A stretch of DNA of 64,000 bases from Gnetum montanum. Taxonomy: Eukaryota > Plantae > Gnetophyta. Numbering within the stretch: the stretch's first letter is position 1; every line of letters starts with the position of its first letter. Below are positions 10,341 through 24,440 of this stretch, piece after piece. A program made the position numbers and the translations under genes. Below the pieces are notes generated by a model. It was not told the origin of the DNA, did no database searches, and worked only from the letters and a program-made list of their open reading frames with translations. The stretch spans positions 259,206 to 323,205 of the forward strand of contig MNCI01001941.1 of NCBI GenBank assembly GCA_015680685.1, written 5' to 3'.

Positions 10341-11224
10341 TCGATGTTGGTGGTGGTGGGTTTTCACTTTCCTAGTAATGCCCAGCATAGTTTCACAACT
10401 TTCAACATTGCTTCACAAAGCCAACATTGGTATGGTTGGGTGTTTGGCTTTTACACAACTCTAGCATTACTATCATAAGGCTAGCATTGATGGAAGAAGC
10501 CAGCATAGTTGGAAAAGTTCATTTACTATTTATGGTAACAACCATAGTTTTGGTGCCTTGGGGGTATTAAAACTTACCATAAATGGAAATAATGCTAGAG
10601 TCTAAAGCCTACCACACCAAAACATGATTTCAATTTATCAACAATCATGGTAGAAAATTTGCATCAAAAAATTGAACACCAACAATTTGAGAGGACTTTT
10701 TGGAAAACTAGTAATTGGCTAAGCATTGGAGAATCTTGGAGCAACTGCCCAACACTAAAAATTCAAACAATTACCTTACCCATTTTTGAACTAGTGTAGT
10801 GGATCCAACTTGAGAACTAGCAAAGAGTTTTGGGAGTGGAACTTTAAGGTGCCTGGATTGTGGAGCTGACTATAGGAAGCACTTTGCCTATTTTACCAAG
10901 ATTGTAACCACTTCTCACATAGCTCTTTTTGCATTTTAAACACAAAAAAACTTATACTTTTTGGACCTTTTTGTATCTACAACTATTATTATTTCAATAA
11001 AATTTGTAGTTCATTTGTTTTGTGGAAGTTTATTTTTGTTGTATCTACAATTTTTATTCAATTCTTTTACACTATTCTATAATTTCTAAGTCACTGCGTG
11101 ATCACCAAGACCGTATAAGATGGTTCAAATTCTATTTTTGGAGGTCCTTGGGATCTGAAGTTAAACTATTTCATCTAGAATTTTTTATTTTTTAGTGACC
11201 AAATTTTTTGGATGTTATAGTTTT

Positions 11225-11240
11225 TGGTGCTAGAAGGAGG
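11225..11240 (+). promoter_or_regulatory. tRNA-Asn PBS (element B)
   Basis: TGGTGCTAGAAGGAGG. Confidence 0.8.
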
Positions 11241-12609
11241 ACCTCCACCTGAATTCTCAACCTAAACATTGTCCAAATGTTTTCCAAAATTGAATCTTAC
11301 ACATTTTAAAATTCTAAAATGTACAAATATCTACCTTCAAATGTAACGTTGGTGTTCAATTTCCTACAACTAATACCCAGTGTAGTTTTTGTGGGTGATG
11401 TGGGTTTCTATAGTGTTTTCACAATAGTTGCTAGAGTCTTGGAAGCCACTGTATTGTACATTGAAACCTGTAACTTTTGATTTTTAGAACTTACATTTGG
11501 AATCTAAGGACCAGCATAGGTCCATACAATCACTCAAATCCATTTGCTATGAAATTTTGTGAAAAGCCAGTGTAGATACTTCCAGGACTCCATCGTAGTC
11601 CTTGGATAACCAAAAATTTTTACATTTAATTTTTAAAAATCGGTGCACCTTCTTTAGGGTAAAATATTTCTAGCTTGTTTTTACCAAGAAAAACCATCTC
11701 GCACCACCTACCCTAGTGTAGTTGGTTGGGAAATATAGTGATCTATTGCACATCCTCTAGCATAACTTTTGCTGGTGAAGCTAGCATAGTTGGTTTTTCC
11801 AACACAAAAAGCTATTACATTTTCCAAAGTGCAATGCACACCACTTCCATGGCATCCTGCATTATACCTATACTTGCAGTGTTAACTATTTTTCTAGTTA
11901 ACATCCCTTGACACCTTGGGAAATTCCACTTGCTGGAATTTTTTTGTTTAATTAATTAAAAAATCTTTAAATTTTTCCAAGAAAATCTATCAAGGAAAAC
12001 AATGTTGCCATCCATCCTTCTACAACTAACACCTAGTGTGGTTGTTGCAATTAGTTTGGGTGTTGCTATAAAATTCATAGTAGTTAGAATTTTGGAGGCT
12101 AATGTAGTTTCTTAGAACATCTACAATATTTGGTTGTTAAAACCTAGCCTTGGATTTTCCAAAGACCAACATATCTTTTCACCATCCATTTCTTGCTATG
12201 AAGTTTTTCCATCAACTTTTTTGGTAAAACCAATCCACCATTCTCCCTCGTTACCAAACTACCCAGTGTAGTTTTGGTAAACCAATTACATTTTACATTA
12301 TCACACAAACCCTAGCATTTTTTTAAGATACCTATTGTATCTTTTGAAACATAACATTTTTTCTTGGTTGCACAAAAAAACCTAGCATAGTTTTCATAAA
12401 GGAAAAATACATCGACACCCCTTAAAAAGGCAAAACAAAAACTTACTATTTTTATCACCAACATGTTTTTTCAAAAATATGAGCGTATCTTTCCAAAACC
12501 CCACATATTACAAATAAACATCTTTTTCATATTTAAATTTTCACAACAATTGCTAGACTTTTCANGTTTTCATATTTAAATTTTCACAACAATTGCTAGA
12601 CTTTTCAAA

Positions 12610-12705
12610 GCCCAGCTTAGTTTTATAAATCCCAGCTTAGTTTCTGTTGGCCCAACTTAGTTTTATAAAGCCCAGCTTAGCTTTTGTTATCCTAGCTTGA
12701 TTTTG
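12610..12705. repeat. ~20-bp tandem repeat CCCAGCTTAGTTTT... (about 5 copies) in the 5' UTR of B
   Basis: Directly visible. Confidence 0.8.
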
Positions 12706-14170
12706 TTGGTGTTGGTTCATGCATTTTTGCAAATCAACTATGCTACCACTAGACCTTGCATACATGGCCTCCAGCCAAGACATAGTTTATATCTATGACT
12801 TGAAAGACCTTGTAGTCATAGAACAAGGATACTCACTATGACAAAAGGATAAGAACCTAGACTTCACGGTCATTAATGAGGAGTTCTACAACTTCCTTTG
12901 CACTAAGATGCAAGTTGGTTTACTTATACCATAGTCTAAATTTGACACTAAGTTTCAATTCAAAATAATACACTGGGATGGGAAAGAGTACATCCCATCA
13001 CCATATGACAAAATTCCCCTCACCAATTTCTATGCACACATGCTCATACAACTAATAGATGTTGATGAGTTTAGTGATGAAATTAGAAATGAGGATTACC
13101 AAGAGGAACAAGATGAGTTCAAGGTAGATGTTACTAAAGAGTTGTAGAAGCTAAAAGCTAGTACAAATCAGATGGTCAAGGTTCTATACTTTTATCAAGA
13201 TGATCCTATAAGTCCTATAGTGTCTCAAATAACCTTACCCATAAGCATGCCCATACCAAACTTCACCAAATACAATATTGAAGGGGATGCTAATGCATAC
13301 TTGGTCACCTTCTAGTCTAAGTGTCTCTTTATGCAAGCTTGGCCACATACAATACTAAGGATTTTTCCCATGTTCCTTAAGGGAAAAGCTCTAGATTGGT
13401 ATTGAACCTTGCTTAGAGGTTCTATCTCTTCCCTTGAAGACCTAATAATCCAATTTGTCAATTGCTTTAGATATAACTTGAAGTTGAATGCTACATTGGT
13501 TCAACTAATGAAGGTGAAGTAGGGGCCACTTTAACGAATCAAAAGATTCATTCAAAGGTGGAACTCAATACATAACAAGATTCCAGAGCCTATTATTGAA
13601 ACTCATCTCTTGACCATCTACAAGGGAGTAGTAAAAGACTTTATCAAGTTAAAGCTCTACTACCTAGAGCCTTGGTCACTAAGCTAAGCCTTCTTGAAAA
13701 CTAAGAACATTGAGGAGGTAGCTGAGGCTAGTAATGATCTAGCCTATGTGGCATATAAAAACCAACACGCAAGGAGGAATAATAATAAAACTAGCAAAAA
13801 TCATACAACTTTGGCTACAGTAAAAAAAGAGTCAAAAAAAGGGGAAAGGCAGTGATCACCGCCACACAACACATCCCAAAACTCATTGTAATGATCCACT
13901 TCCTATGCCCCAAATCAACCAAGATCAAACTTTGGACAAAAGGATAGATCTAAGTACATTAGGTTTCCTATGAAGCCCTTTTAGCTTTTGGAACATTTGC
14001 TTAGAGATAATCATATACAACATAAGAAACTATCTAAGGAAGCTTATAAGAGGCATGATCAACTTTGTGACATAGCTAGAGACCCAACAATAGCTATCAA
14101 AGATGATCCAAAGCTACCAAAGTACTTCAGACTATATAGGCATTATCATTATCATCAAATGGCTGGTCAT

Positions 14171-16150
14171 TATTGTAATTAAAAAAGTTAATTGCTAGAA
14201 AATTGAAAGATCTAGCATAGCAGCCTCAACCCTGATTCCCCAGGGCCTCTAAGAAATGGGATTCAAGGTGCCCTGGATAGTATGACAGATCACCCAGGAA
14301 CTTAAGAAATGTAAGATGGGAATGGTTTTGAACATGAATGGAAACATAAATAGAAGTAACCTACTGAAAATGAAAATGTAACCAAAAGTGGCCTACTGAA
14401 AACAAAAATGGAAAATGAAATTTCATTTACATAAAATAAGTGTAAAAATGAAAATAGAAATAAAAAACATTGCACAACATGAACCAATAAATTTATAAAA
14501 TAATATAAATGAAGATTGAGTTCTTAGTGTCTAGGTTTGTGCCAAGGGCACAGGAAGCTACTTGTTGAAGCTTGAAGTTTTTTTAGAGAGTGAGAGATGC
14601 CTCCACAATTTGGTTGCTTCCCAGTTTTAGCTTATTGCAACTTTCTGTCAATTCCACTAGATTTGCTACATGGGAATGAGATTGGTATTGCACATTTGGA
14701 GCAATGGAAACCACGCAAGTGTCTCTATGCCTAGCGTAGTTCTAGTTTCTACCACCAAATGACACAACTAGGGGAAGGATGTAACGACTGCAATGGGTTT
14801 TAATGACTGCCAATGGAGATGGAAATGTGGTGGGAACTTACACTTTTAGCAGTAATGACATTTACATTGGGGGTGTGTAGACCTAGCATAGTGCTAGTTT
14901 CTACTATTGAAAATGTAGTTGAGTTACAAATGGATTTGATGGGTAATGTGAATGGCTATAAAAATGGGAAATGATATTATTGTAGAATGGTTTTGAAATG
15001 CCAAATTTCTTAGAGTTTGGAACTATTGTATGTGATGCCAATTGAGAAAATTTTAAACCTGGAAATGGTGTCAACATTGGGCTTTTATAGGTTAGGGTTT
15101 CCATTTTTGAAATTGCCATGAATTGCTGAAAAATTGGTGTTGATTATGGGTTGTAATAGCTACTATTGCTAGTGTAGTCATCCACTACTGCTAGTGTAGT
15201 TGATCAACTACTACTCAGTGTCATCAACCAACTACTGCCAATGTAGTCAACCAACTATTGCACTACTACTTAGCGTAGTTAGCCAACTACTGCCAATGTA
15301 GCTAGCCAACTATTGCTAAGGTAGTTAGCCAACTATTGCTAAGGTAGTTAGCCAACTACTGCTAGCATAGTTAGTTAACTACTACTAGCATATTCAAGCA
15401 ACTATTGTTGATGTAGTTGGTATTTGTGGTAAGTATAGAATGGAATACACCCACAAAACCCATATGTTTACTATAAATAGTAAACAGGATTTTATGACTA
15501 CATTGAAAGCTTTGAAAATGGGAAATGGAAAAGTAATGGGAAACAAAAAGATACATAGAAACTACAAAAATGGTGGAACTTGTTGGAAAGTGCCGTGCTT
15601 GTTAAAGACTACTATCTAGTCATTGTTGACTTGGGATGCATATGCTGGTTGTTGTTGGAGAATTGGCCATTCCAACAATGCCAATGTTGCTTCTTTGTCG
15701 AGTGCTAGTGATGACTATGCTGGCCATTGTAACTATTGTGGCTACTATGACTATTGTGGCCATTGAGCCTACTAAAGCTATTGAGCCTACTAACAATGGC
15801 TCCAGCATAGTTGGGGCTATATCCCTACAAAAACTCATGAAAATGCTAATTTTTAGCCATTCCAAAGGCATTTTTAGCCTTCCCAAGCCTAGATATGAAC
15901 ATGGGGTACCTATTTCTAGTTGTAAAATGAGGTAATAATAAATTTTAAAGAATTTTCAGCTCCAACATGTTGAAATTTCCAAGATTGTAGCTTATGTTCT
16001 ACATATCTTACATTTATAATGAAACTTTACCTTAAGCTGAGAAGTGGGATTTGCAACATGAATTTTGGTGGTGTTTTATTGGTCCTTCTTTATTGACGTT
16101 AGGTGGGTTGATTCGAGAGACATCGACAAAGAATATAAAACACAACTACA
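14171..16150 (-). repeat. 3' LTR of element D (~1.98 kb)
   Basis: Starts TGTAGTTGTG after a purine-rich tract ending GTGATGGACC; collinear with LTR E along its length. Confidence 0.8.
15160..15420. repeat. ~21-bp tandem array (AGCCAACTACTGCTAGCGTAGTT-like) in LTR D
   Basis: About 11 degenerate copies; counterpart at 39825-40000. Confidence 0.85.
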
Positions 16151-16429
16151 GGTCCATCACTAATGTCTTCTCTCTATGCTTGATTTAGTAGTATCAAATC
16201 ATGCTCAAGACTACTTGTGATGATGGAGTAAGACCATGATGATGAAATGGTAATGAGGTTATGAAGAAATGGTCATGAGGGCTAGCAAACCTTAGTCAAA
16301 TAGCTCAAGTTATGCACTTTTTGTTTAGAAGTGTGGTTTGCTCAATACATGTGTTTGAAGAATTGACACCTCACTCCAAGGTTTCTTTGATGACTTGGCA
16401 ATGTTCTCTTTGCCAAGCTTGACTTTGAT

Positions 16430-16730
16430 GTGATTTTTCCATTGGGTGAGGTGTGTTACACTCAAAAAAATTAGGGTTTTCCCATCAAAAAAGGTGTGTT
16501 ACACTTGATGGACTTGGCATTTTCCCAACAAATGAGATGTCTTTACATTCAAGTGTACTTGGGATTTTTCCATTGAATGAGGTGTGTTACACTCGATGGA
16601 CTTGGTGTTTAATGAGATGTGTTACATTCAAGTGGACTTGGGATTTTCTCATTGAACAAAGTGTGCTATGCTCGATGGACTTAGCATTTTCCCACTAAAT
16701 GAGATGCATTATATTCATGTGGACTTGGAG
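16430..16730. repeat. ~43-bp tandem array in the 3' UTR of D
   Basis: Repeats of GTGTGTTACACTCGATGGACTTGG..TTTTCCCA..AATGAG; counterpart at 38660-38880. Confidence 0.85.
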
Positions 16731-19339
16731 GTAAATCATAGATTAACATTGCTACTCAAGGTATAGGAAGGTTATATTTAGGCTATGGGGTTGGCTTCAT
16801 AGGAAACGATATGGAACAATCACTGTTGAACATATTCAAGAAGTCTTGCTCATTGAGTTTATGTGGTAACTTGTTTTTGTGATGAGTTATGCCCTTGTGA
16901 AGGCTTCCGTATTCATCCTGCAAACATAACTCCAAGAGAACTAGAAGACCAGAGAGAGAAATCATGTTGTTACAATGGGATACATAAGACCATGAAGGAT
17001 GGTTCAGGCAATTTGGCTAGCCAAGGTCACATGTTACTAGTTGAAGACCTTGGTAGGCTGCATTGTCAATTTAAGGCCTCAGCCAGCTATAGTGCTAATT
17101 TAGGGTCATAGTGAACCATAGAGATTAGGCTTATTTGTTGATGTTGTCAATAACATGGCTACTACGGTTTACATGTAATATGATTTCAGAGAGGAATGAT
17201 TGACTAGATTTGCCAGCTTGTTCCAATCCATGTCTACTATTCAGTAGGCCCTATTGTCATAGGTGTTTGTGACCAAGAAAGGTCCTTCTCAGTTGTCTGA
17301 GAATTTGTTCGCATGCTCACGAACAACCATAAGGACTAGGTCTTCTTCCTTGATTGTGTGATTGCCCAAGTTGTGATGGTGTTGCCCTTTCTACCTCTCT
17401 TAGTAATGCTCAATGTGAGTAAGTGTTTGCACCCACTACCCCTCCACTAAGTCTAGGTCCTTGGTTTGTATCTCCTTGTTTTTGTCATTATTGATGAAGT
17501 TTGATAAGGCCACTCAGAGTGATGGTACCTGCAATTCAAGAGGTAAAATAGCTTTAGAACCATAAACAAGGCTATAAGAGGTCATGCTTGTTGCGGTATG
17601 GTATGTCATTCTATAGGCCCATAGTGCATGGACATGTCATTCATGCCATTTGTGCCTACTGTTATTGAGCATCTTCTTGAGTAAGTTGATGATGGCCTTG
17701 TTGCTTACTTTGGCTTGTCCATTGGACTGAGGGTAATAAGGTGATGAGAAAGAGTGCTTAATGCCTAGGTTGTGATAAAAATTTTCTATTTCTTAGTTAT
17801 TAAACTATGGTTAATTATCTATGACTATGGTCATAGGTATATCAAAATGAGCTACTATGTTGTCCAAGATGAACCTAGAAACTTGTTGGAACACCACAAA
17901 ATTTTGTATGTTATAGCCAATTTCCATCATGTAGCTTTCACCCCATGAAACTTGAGGCAAAAATTGATTATAAATATGAATATTGCAACCCATGGAGGAC
18001 AATCTCACATATCCCATACTTTTAGGGCTCAAAAATTCCTCATAAGAGATCAAAGCTTTACTTCCCAAGTAAAAAAACGTCACCTAGTATCTATATTTGG
18101 GCTTGGGGGTGGGGGGGCTGGTTTTAAAATGCCTTTTAAAATGCCAAAAATGGAAATTTCATGGGCTTTAGGGGGTGTATATACTTTTCTCCATTGGAAA
18201 CATCTATGGGGGAGGTTTCTGCTTAGTTTGGAAACTTTTTCCCCCAACATAGAAACTACATGCCCCTAGCGTGGAAGCCATAAAAGCTAGATTTCAACAC
18301 TCCATGCACTCCAACATTGACCAACCACTCTAGCAAGGATGGAAAAAGGCTTAACGTGGAAGATTCATCTCCAACGTGGAAGGTGTGCCCTTGTTACTAT
18401 TTAGAGTAAACAGAATGATGATGGGGTGGAAGGCACTTACTATATATGGTAACCTCCCAAATTTGGGCATCCATCTTACCTGTATGAGGTAGAAATTTGT
18501 AGCAAAATTATAGCCAATTTGCAGCCATTATGTTGCCAAATTACAACCATTCACAACCCTATTCATGACCAAAAACCTATAAAAACCAACCACAAACACC
18601 ATTTATAGGTTCTAGACTTTTGATGTTCAACATTTTTTGTAGCTTAATAGTTTGGCAATTCCATAACCCTAACATTAGTTCTCATAATTTTTACAATTCC
18701 ACACTTGGGCATTTTCAAGCACTTAAGAGCTCTTACAATATCCCATGTTTGCATTCTCTTGAAACCCAACATGGAAGCATTATAGCCTTAATACTATTGA
18801 ACTTTTGGTGTCAATGCTACATTTCTAGGACTTCCAGCCTCTAGCGTGTAGCAATCTAGTACCAAATTTCTCACTTTTCTCATCCCCCAGTAGTGATCAA
18901 CGTTGCAAATCTGAGGTTGCAATAAAGGAGGTTCAATATCATTGGGAGTGGCAAGAAATTTGTATTATGGAGTTGAACACATAAGATTCAATGAACCTTG
19001 AATCCCTGCTTATGTGAATCCCCCTATTGCCCTCTCATGCACACTTTATACATAATCTCTTAACTCTCCTTTATTGTATTCTTTGTAAAATAAAATTTAT
19101 AGTTTTGATTTGTGTTGAAATTATGCTTGTCATTTATTCTTAGTGCATTTATATTACTTCAATATGAAATCATATTATTTATCTTGTTTTGCATTTCATA
19201 AGTCCTTGGGTGATCTATTGGACCATCTAGGGTACCTTGAATTTCATTTTTTGGAGGCCCTAGGCATTCAAGTCTGAGGTTGTTGCACTAGATTCATCGA
19301 TCTTCCAGTAATCAAATTTTCTAGTCACAATAGTTTTCT

Positions 19340-19356
19340 TGGTGCTAGAATGAGCG
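19340..19356 (+). promoter_or_regulatory. tRNA-Asn PBS (element C, degenerate)
   Basis: TGGTGCTAGAATGAGCG directly after the LTR end. Confidence 0.7.
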
Positions 19357-20179
19357 CCTTCATCCAATTTCTACATCTAAATTAGTTTGTCCTATTGCCA
19401 ACATTGCCTTTCATTTCAAAAATCTACCATTTTTGAGATTAAAACTTTTTAAAATCTTCAAAATCCAACATTGCAACCCATCCCCCCTACGATCAAAGCC
19501 CAGCTTGAAAGTTGTAGGTGTTTGGATTTCAAGATTTTCATAGAAGTTGCTATGAATTTCAAGGCCAATGTTGGCATCCCACAAAAACCTTCAAAAGTCA
19601 ATGTTGTCCCTTCCCCCCTGTGATCAAAACTACAGCATGGATATTGTAGGTGGTTTGGGTGTTGAGTTTTCATAATAACTGTTGTAAATTTTCCTATCCA
19701 AAGCTTGCATTGATGCCTTTCCCCCCTTTTTATTTTTGCTATCAATTTTTATATTTTTCAAAGTGGGTGATGCAACCCTTCTAGAAATCATCAAACTTCT
19801 AGAAGTTAGCTTTCCCCCATCTTTCCAAGCTAAGAAAATTGGTAGCTTGCTAAAACTACTCTTTCCAATTTGTTTTTTAGCCTTTCCCCTTTCATCAATG
19901 TTGGATTAGAAGGTGTGAGATTCCCATCATCTCATTTCCTTGTTTCCCTCCCTATTATATCCAACATAGAGGTAGTTAGGGGACCAACATGAGTGAGGCT
20001 TAGCATCAACATTCCCAACTTTTTATTTTTGTTAAAGGGGTAAATCACCCTTACCCCTCATTTAATAATTATAGTAAGCACTTCATCCATTTTTGCTTCC
20101 TTTTAAACTTTTTTGAATTCCATTCATTGGAAAATTTCCTCTATTTTATCATTAATAGTCTATTTCAAGCCATTTTTGA

Positions 20180-23000
20180 CAAAATAGACATGTCTTTCCA
20201 ATAGTCCACCAAGTTACCCTTTACCCTTACTAATAAAGGTCCTTGCCAATAAGCCATGAGTGTCTATGATCCCAAAGAACCTACCATCATCAAGTGTAGG
20301 CAATATTTAAGGATCATAGGGGGAAGTTCTAACTTTTTGGTCATAAATGAAGACTGTTATTATTACATTTTCATCAAAATGTAGGTTGGCCTTATGATTT
20401 CACATGTGGAGGTAGAGGCAAAAAGGAAGTTTGAACTCATGCATCGAGATGGAAAAGAGTATGTCCCTTCCTCGTATGAACAAATATCCCTCAATGATAT
20501 CTATGCTAGCATCCTAGCCTAATTGATTGCAATGGAGAAGAAGGATGACAAGCATAGCTTGAAGAAATAATAAGAAGAGGAGGATGAATTTAGGGTAGAA
20601 TTTGAGCCTGAAAACATTCTGGGAGGATTGTTCCAACAAACGTCCCTTAAGGTTGCAATGCCTTCCTCTAATACTTTTGTTTTCTCCATGGGCATGGTGT
20701 CACCATCTTCCACTCCTACCATGGTTGGTTCCATAGCAATCATAGCTGCTCATCAAGCTTAAAAAATGCCACAATTGATTGTCTATAACTCATCAATGTC
20801 ATTCACTACACAGATTCGATCTATACAACCATCGTTGGTGGCTTTCACTACCACAAACCCACTAATTACCTATGTGGGACCTACCATGGGATCCTGAGCA
20901 ACTCAAAAATTACACATCCATTTATCTTATTTGTGCCTTAGGTACTAGCACAAACATTCTTTTCCTTGTTTGGCCTACAAGCTATGACCATAACAAAACC
21001 TCTTTCTTCCATCCTACAACCCATAACGAGGCCACATGAATCACAATAGACGTCACAACCATATGTGCAAATTGCATAGCCAACAAGGCCATTACAGGGC
21101 CTAGATCAAGCCTTGTAGATGATCCATGACTTGATGGAGGAGTTGAAGAGGATAAAAATCTCAACTTTAGAAGCTATTAAGATTATGGACTTCGACTAGG
21201 ATAATCACATCAATCATGTAGTCCCATCCTTGACACTTCCTTTTGGTGTTCTTATTCCTTAGTTTAGCAAATATAATGGAGAAGGTGATCCCAATGCTCA
21301 TCTTATTACCTTTAGATCTAAATGCTTACTCTTATAGCCATGGCCTCATACGATCATGAAGATTTTCCCCATGTTGTTGACTAGGAAAGCACTTGATAGT
21401 ACCATGCATTACCTAGGGAATCCATATTCTCTCTAGAGTACTTAATTGCCCAGTTTGTCAACCACTTCAAGTGTAACTTGAGCCTGATACCATGCTTGAC
21501 CAACTCATGAAGGTCAAGCAAGGATCCTTAGAACCCATGCAGAAATTCATTCAATAGTGGAATGGATTGTTGAATGCAATACTAGAGCCTATAGCTAAAG
21601 CCCATATTTTAGCCATATTCAAAGGTATAGTAAATGACTTTATCAAGTCTAAGCTCTATTATCTTGATCCATAGTCCCTCAACTAGGCATTTTCTCAAAC
21701 CAAGAATATAGAGGATGCTGTGGAGGCTAGTCATGATCTAGCCTACATAGCATATAAAAATTAGCATACATGGAGATACAAAGAGAAGAACAAACAAAGA
21801 AATATGTTCGTAGCAACTATGACCAAAGAGGCAAAGACCACAAACAAGGAGCCAAGGGCCAACCCACCCATAGCCCCCACTAATGACCATAGTAACCAGC
21901 CATCAACCTCTAGAGCCAGTGCATTAACAACAACTAGATCTAATGTCAAAAGAAAGGATAGGTCCAAATACACTACATGGCCATTAAAAGCATCAAATTT
22001 GTTAGAACAACTTTTGAAAAGTGGGTGTATTCAATACAAATATATGTTGGAAGCTTTCCAAAAGAAGCGTGATAGGCTATGTGAAATAGCCAAAGACCCC
22101 ACTAGAGGAATGAAATATGATCCACAACTACCTAGGTACTTCATGCTAGATTGCTTTTGCCACTATCTCCAACTACTTGGTCATGACATAGACTTTTGCC
22201 TTACATTGAAGGATGACCTGTAGAGGATGATTGATAGGGGAGAGCTATTCTTAGATTTTTTCAACCTAGTCTAGCCATAAAATCAGTCTATGCAGGTCTA
22301 CAAGGACCCATTGAATGCTAATGACAACCCTTACAACCCTTACAAGGACCCATTAAAAGTAACTAGGGCTCCTATGTTCATAACCATATGGGTAGGATAG
22401 TTTAAAGTGCATTGGGTGCATGTTGATGTTGGAGCTACAACTAACATCATCCCATGCACTATTGTGTAATGCTTGGGCCTAATTGAGCAAATACAGCCTA
22501 CATCAACAACTGTCCTCAAGTATTTTAATAGATTAAGGGTTGTTTTCAAGGGGTCTATCTCCTTAGATTTTGTGGTAGGAGAGTAGTTTCCCATAACCAT
22601 TAATTTCTAGGTGGTGGAGGAAACACTAGGGCTCAACATTATCTTAGGAAGACCTTAGTTGGCTTAATGATGAGCTGTATCCTCACCCATCCATCAAGAA
22701 ATTCATTTTCCTTACAAGGGAGGTGAAATCATCATTCATGGTGATAGCATGATTCCCCTAGCTGTTAACAACGTGAACATAGAGAAAGGGTCTAAAGTGG
22801 AGCTTTAGGAGGAAACTCCAAGTCATGTAGTCTATCAACCAAGAGAGATTAACAACCCAATGATGAAAAAAATATGCAATAGGATGCATTATGGGATGAA
22901 CTCCCTTTTAACATCATTAGTTAAGGTGATGGTGAATACAAATTTGTGCAAAGTAGAACTTACTCATTCCCTAATCTTTCAAAGATTAGCAAGAATATGC
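20180..23000 (+). pseudogene. gag: gag-protease of element C, decayed
   Basis: FSKYNGEGDPNAHL; QKFIQ*WN; FCHYLQLLGHDIDFC knuckle; VHVDVGATTNIIP; NIILGRP; SSPIHQEIH. Confidence 0.9.
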
Positions 23001-23239
23001 ACAAGTGAATTGCACATTAACCTTCCCATGCCCTTATAACTAGATGCATTGATAGCCATGTAGCCTAATTTGTTATATCTTTTTATATACTTTGTTTTAC
23101 TCTTTATGCATGTAGCCTAAGTTTCTACTTTCATTTGCATTTTTACTTATTTTCTTTTACTCATGTTATGAACAAGCTGAAAGCCTTAAGAAAATTTTAA
23201 AACATAAAATTGCAAAAAATATAAATTTCTTTTTCATCA

Positions 23240-23760
23240 TGGCCTACCATGGCCTTAAAATGGCAAAGGTAATCACACAACATGGCCCACTATGGCCTTA
23301 ACTAGCAAAATTATAGTCTGCTAAGACTTTAAACTGGTGTCATAGTTCGCTAAGACTTTAAACTAGAAACATGGCATACTATGGCCTTAAACTGGAAAAA
23401 TTATAGCATGGTAAGACTCTAAATTGGTGTTGTAGTCTGCTAAGACTTTAAACTGGCAACATGGCCTACTATGACCTTAAATTGGCATTAAGGCTTGCTA
23501 TGGCCTTAAATTGGCAAAATTATAGTTTGCTAAGACTCTAAACTGGAGATGAAATCTACTAAGGCTCTAAACTGGTGATGCAGTCCATTAGGACTCTAAA
23601 CTGACATCATAGTTTGCTAAGACTCTAAACTAGTGATGTAGTCTACTAGGACTCTAAACTAGGATCGTAGTCCACTAAGACTCTAAACTGGTGATGTAGG
23701 TTGCTAAGATTTTAAATTGGTGACATGGCTGGCCATGGCCTTAAATTGGCAACACAATAT
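23240..23760 (+). repeat. ~29-bp tandem array (GCTAAGACTCTAAACTGG / ATGGCCTTAAACTGG), about 17 copies
   Basis: Directly visible; same motif as the reverse complement of 4432-4682. Confidence 0.9.
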
Positions 23761-24119
23761 AATCTGTGCTTGCCATGGACTAAAACTAGAGAACATAATT
23801 TTTATTATTATACTTCTTTTTTTTAGCCTATTATCACATTGATTAGCCATTTAATGTTATAACCAAAACATCAACCTAGCCATTCACAATGTTCACAACA
23901 TTTATAGCGTTTCCTATAACTATAGATATATATAGCCAAAAATAAAACCAAAATTTTAAATTTAAATTTAAAGTATTCATAACATACATAGCCATGGCCA
24001 CACTGTGTGGCAAAAATATATAAAAAAAGAATAATATCCATTTATAACATAGTCTTGGCTAACATTATCCATCAACATGAAAATAAAAGGAATATAGCCA
24101 ACAAGCTAAAAATGAGTAG

Positions 24120-24440
24120 ATGGAGGATGCTAAGGGGCATTCAGAGGAGGAAGTGGTGGATCATCTCCACCCTCACTGCTAGGGTTTCCAGTGTCTCTTG
24201 ATGCCTAAAATACAATAACACATAGCTAGTTAGTGATCAATAGCCAAAATCATAACTTAAAACAAAAACTAAAACATAAAATGCATCTAACTTGTGGGGA
24301 TTCTAGCTCCATGACTTCTGCGGGTAGATATGGAAGGCCATTCTCTAAACGATGGAGGATTTGGTCCTCCATCATATTGACCCAATCAATATCCCCTAGA
24401 TACCATAGTGAGACCTTCCCCAAGGGCATGTCAGGAAGTT
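24120..24440 (-). pseudogene. Last two exons of the cargo-gene homologue in element C
   Basis: GKVSLWYLGDIDWVNMMEDQILHRLENGLPYLP aligns with A's GKVKAGAASGEDVWPDLTEDEIMRRLWAGLDKLP. A phase-0 GT..AG intron at 24291-24205 is followed by ASRDTGNPSSEGGDDPP. Confidence 0.75.

Larger units (their letters stand above)
10341..14170 (+). mobile_element. Element B: old Tat-type copy (truncated LTR to ~11219, PBS, 5' UTR, decayed gag ~12790-14170)
   Basis: PBS TGGTGCTAGAAGGAGG at 11225; gag motifs FYQDDP, FTKYNIEGDANAYL, GKALDWY and KKFIQRWN with many stops; cut at 14170 by element D. Confidence 0.85.
14171..17890 (-). mobile_element. Element D: 3' part of a Tat-type copy (integrase C-half 17890-17165, 3' UTR, 3' LTR)
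   Basis: Reverse-complement homologue of 37490-41006. Integrase motifs FILDNIVAHFDIPMTIVIDN, SSPYYPQSNGQ and MTSYSLVYGS. Confidence 0.9.

Noticed and set aside
12524-12607. Exact ~41-bp direct duplication
   Set aside because: The copies flank a single N, so this is likely a contig overlap.
15620-15935. Hydrophobic ATVATV-type ORFs (also 39177-39628), superficially env- or membrane-like
   Set aside because: They are translations of a 9-bp microsatellite inside the LTR and are open on both strands.
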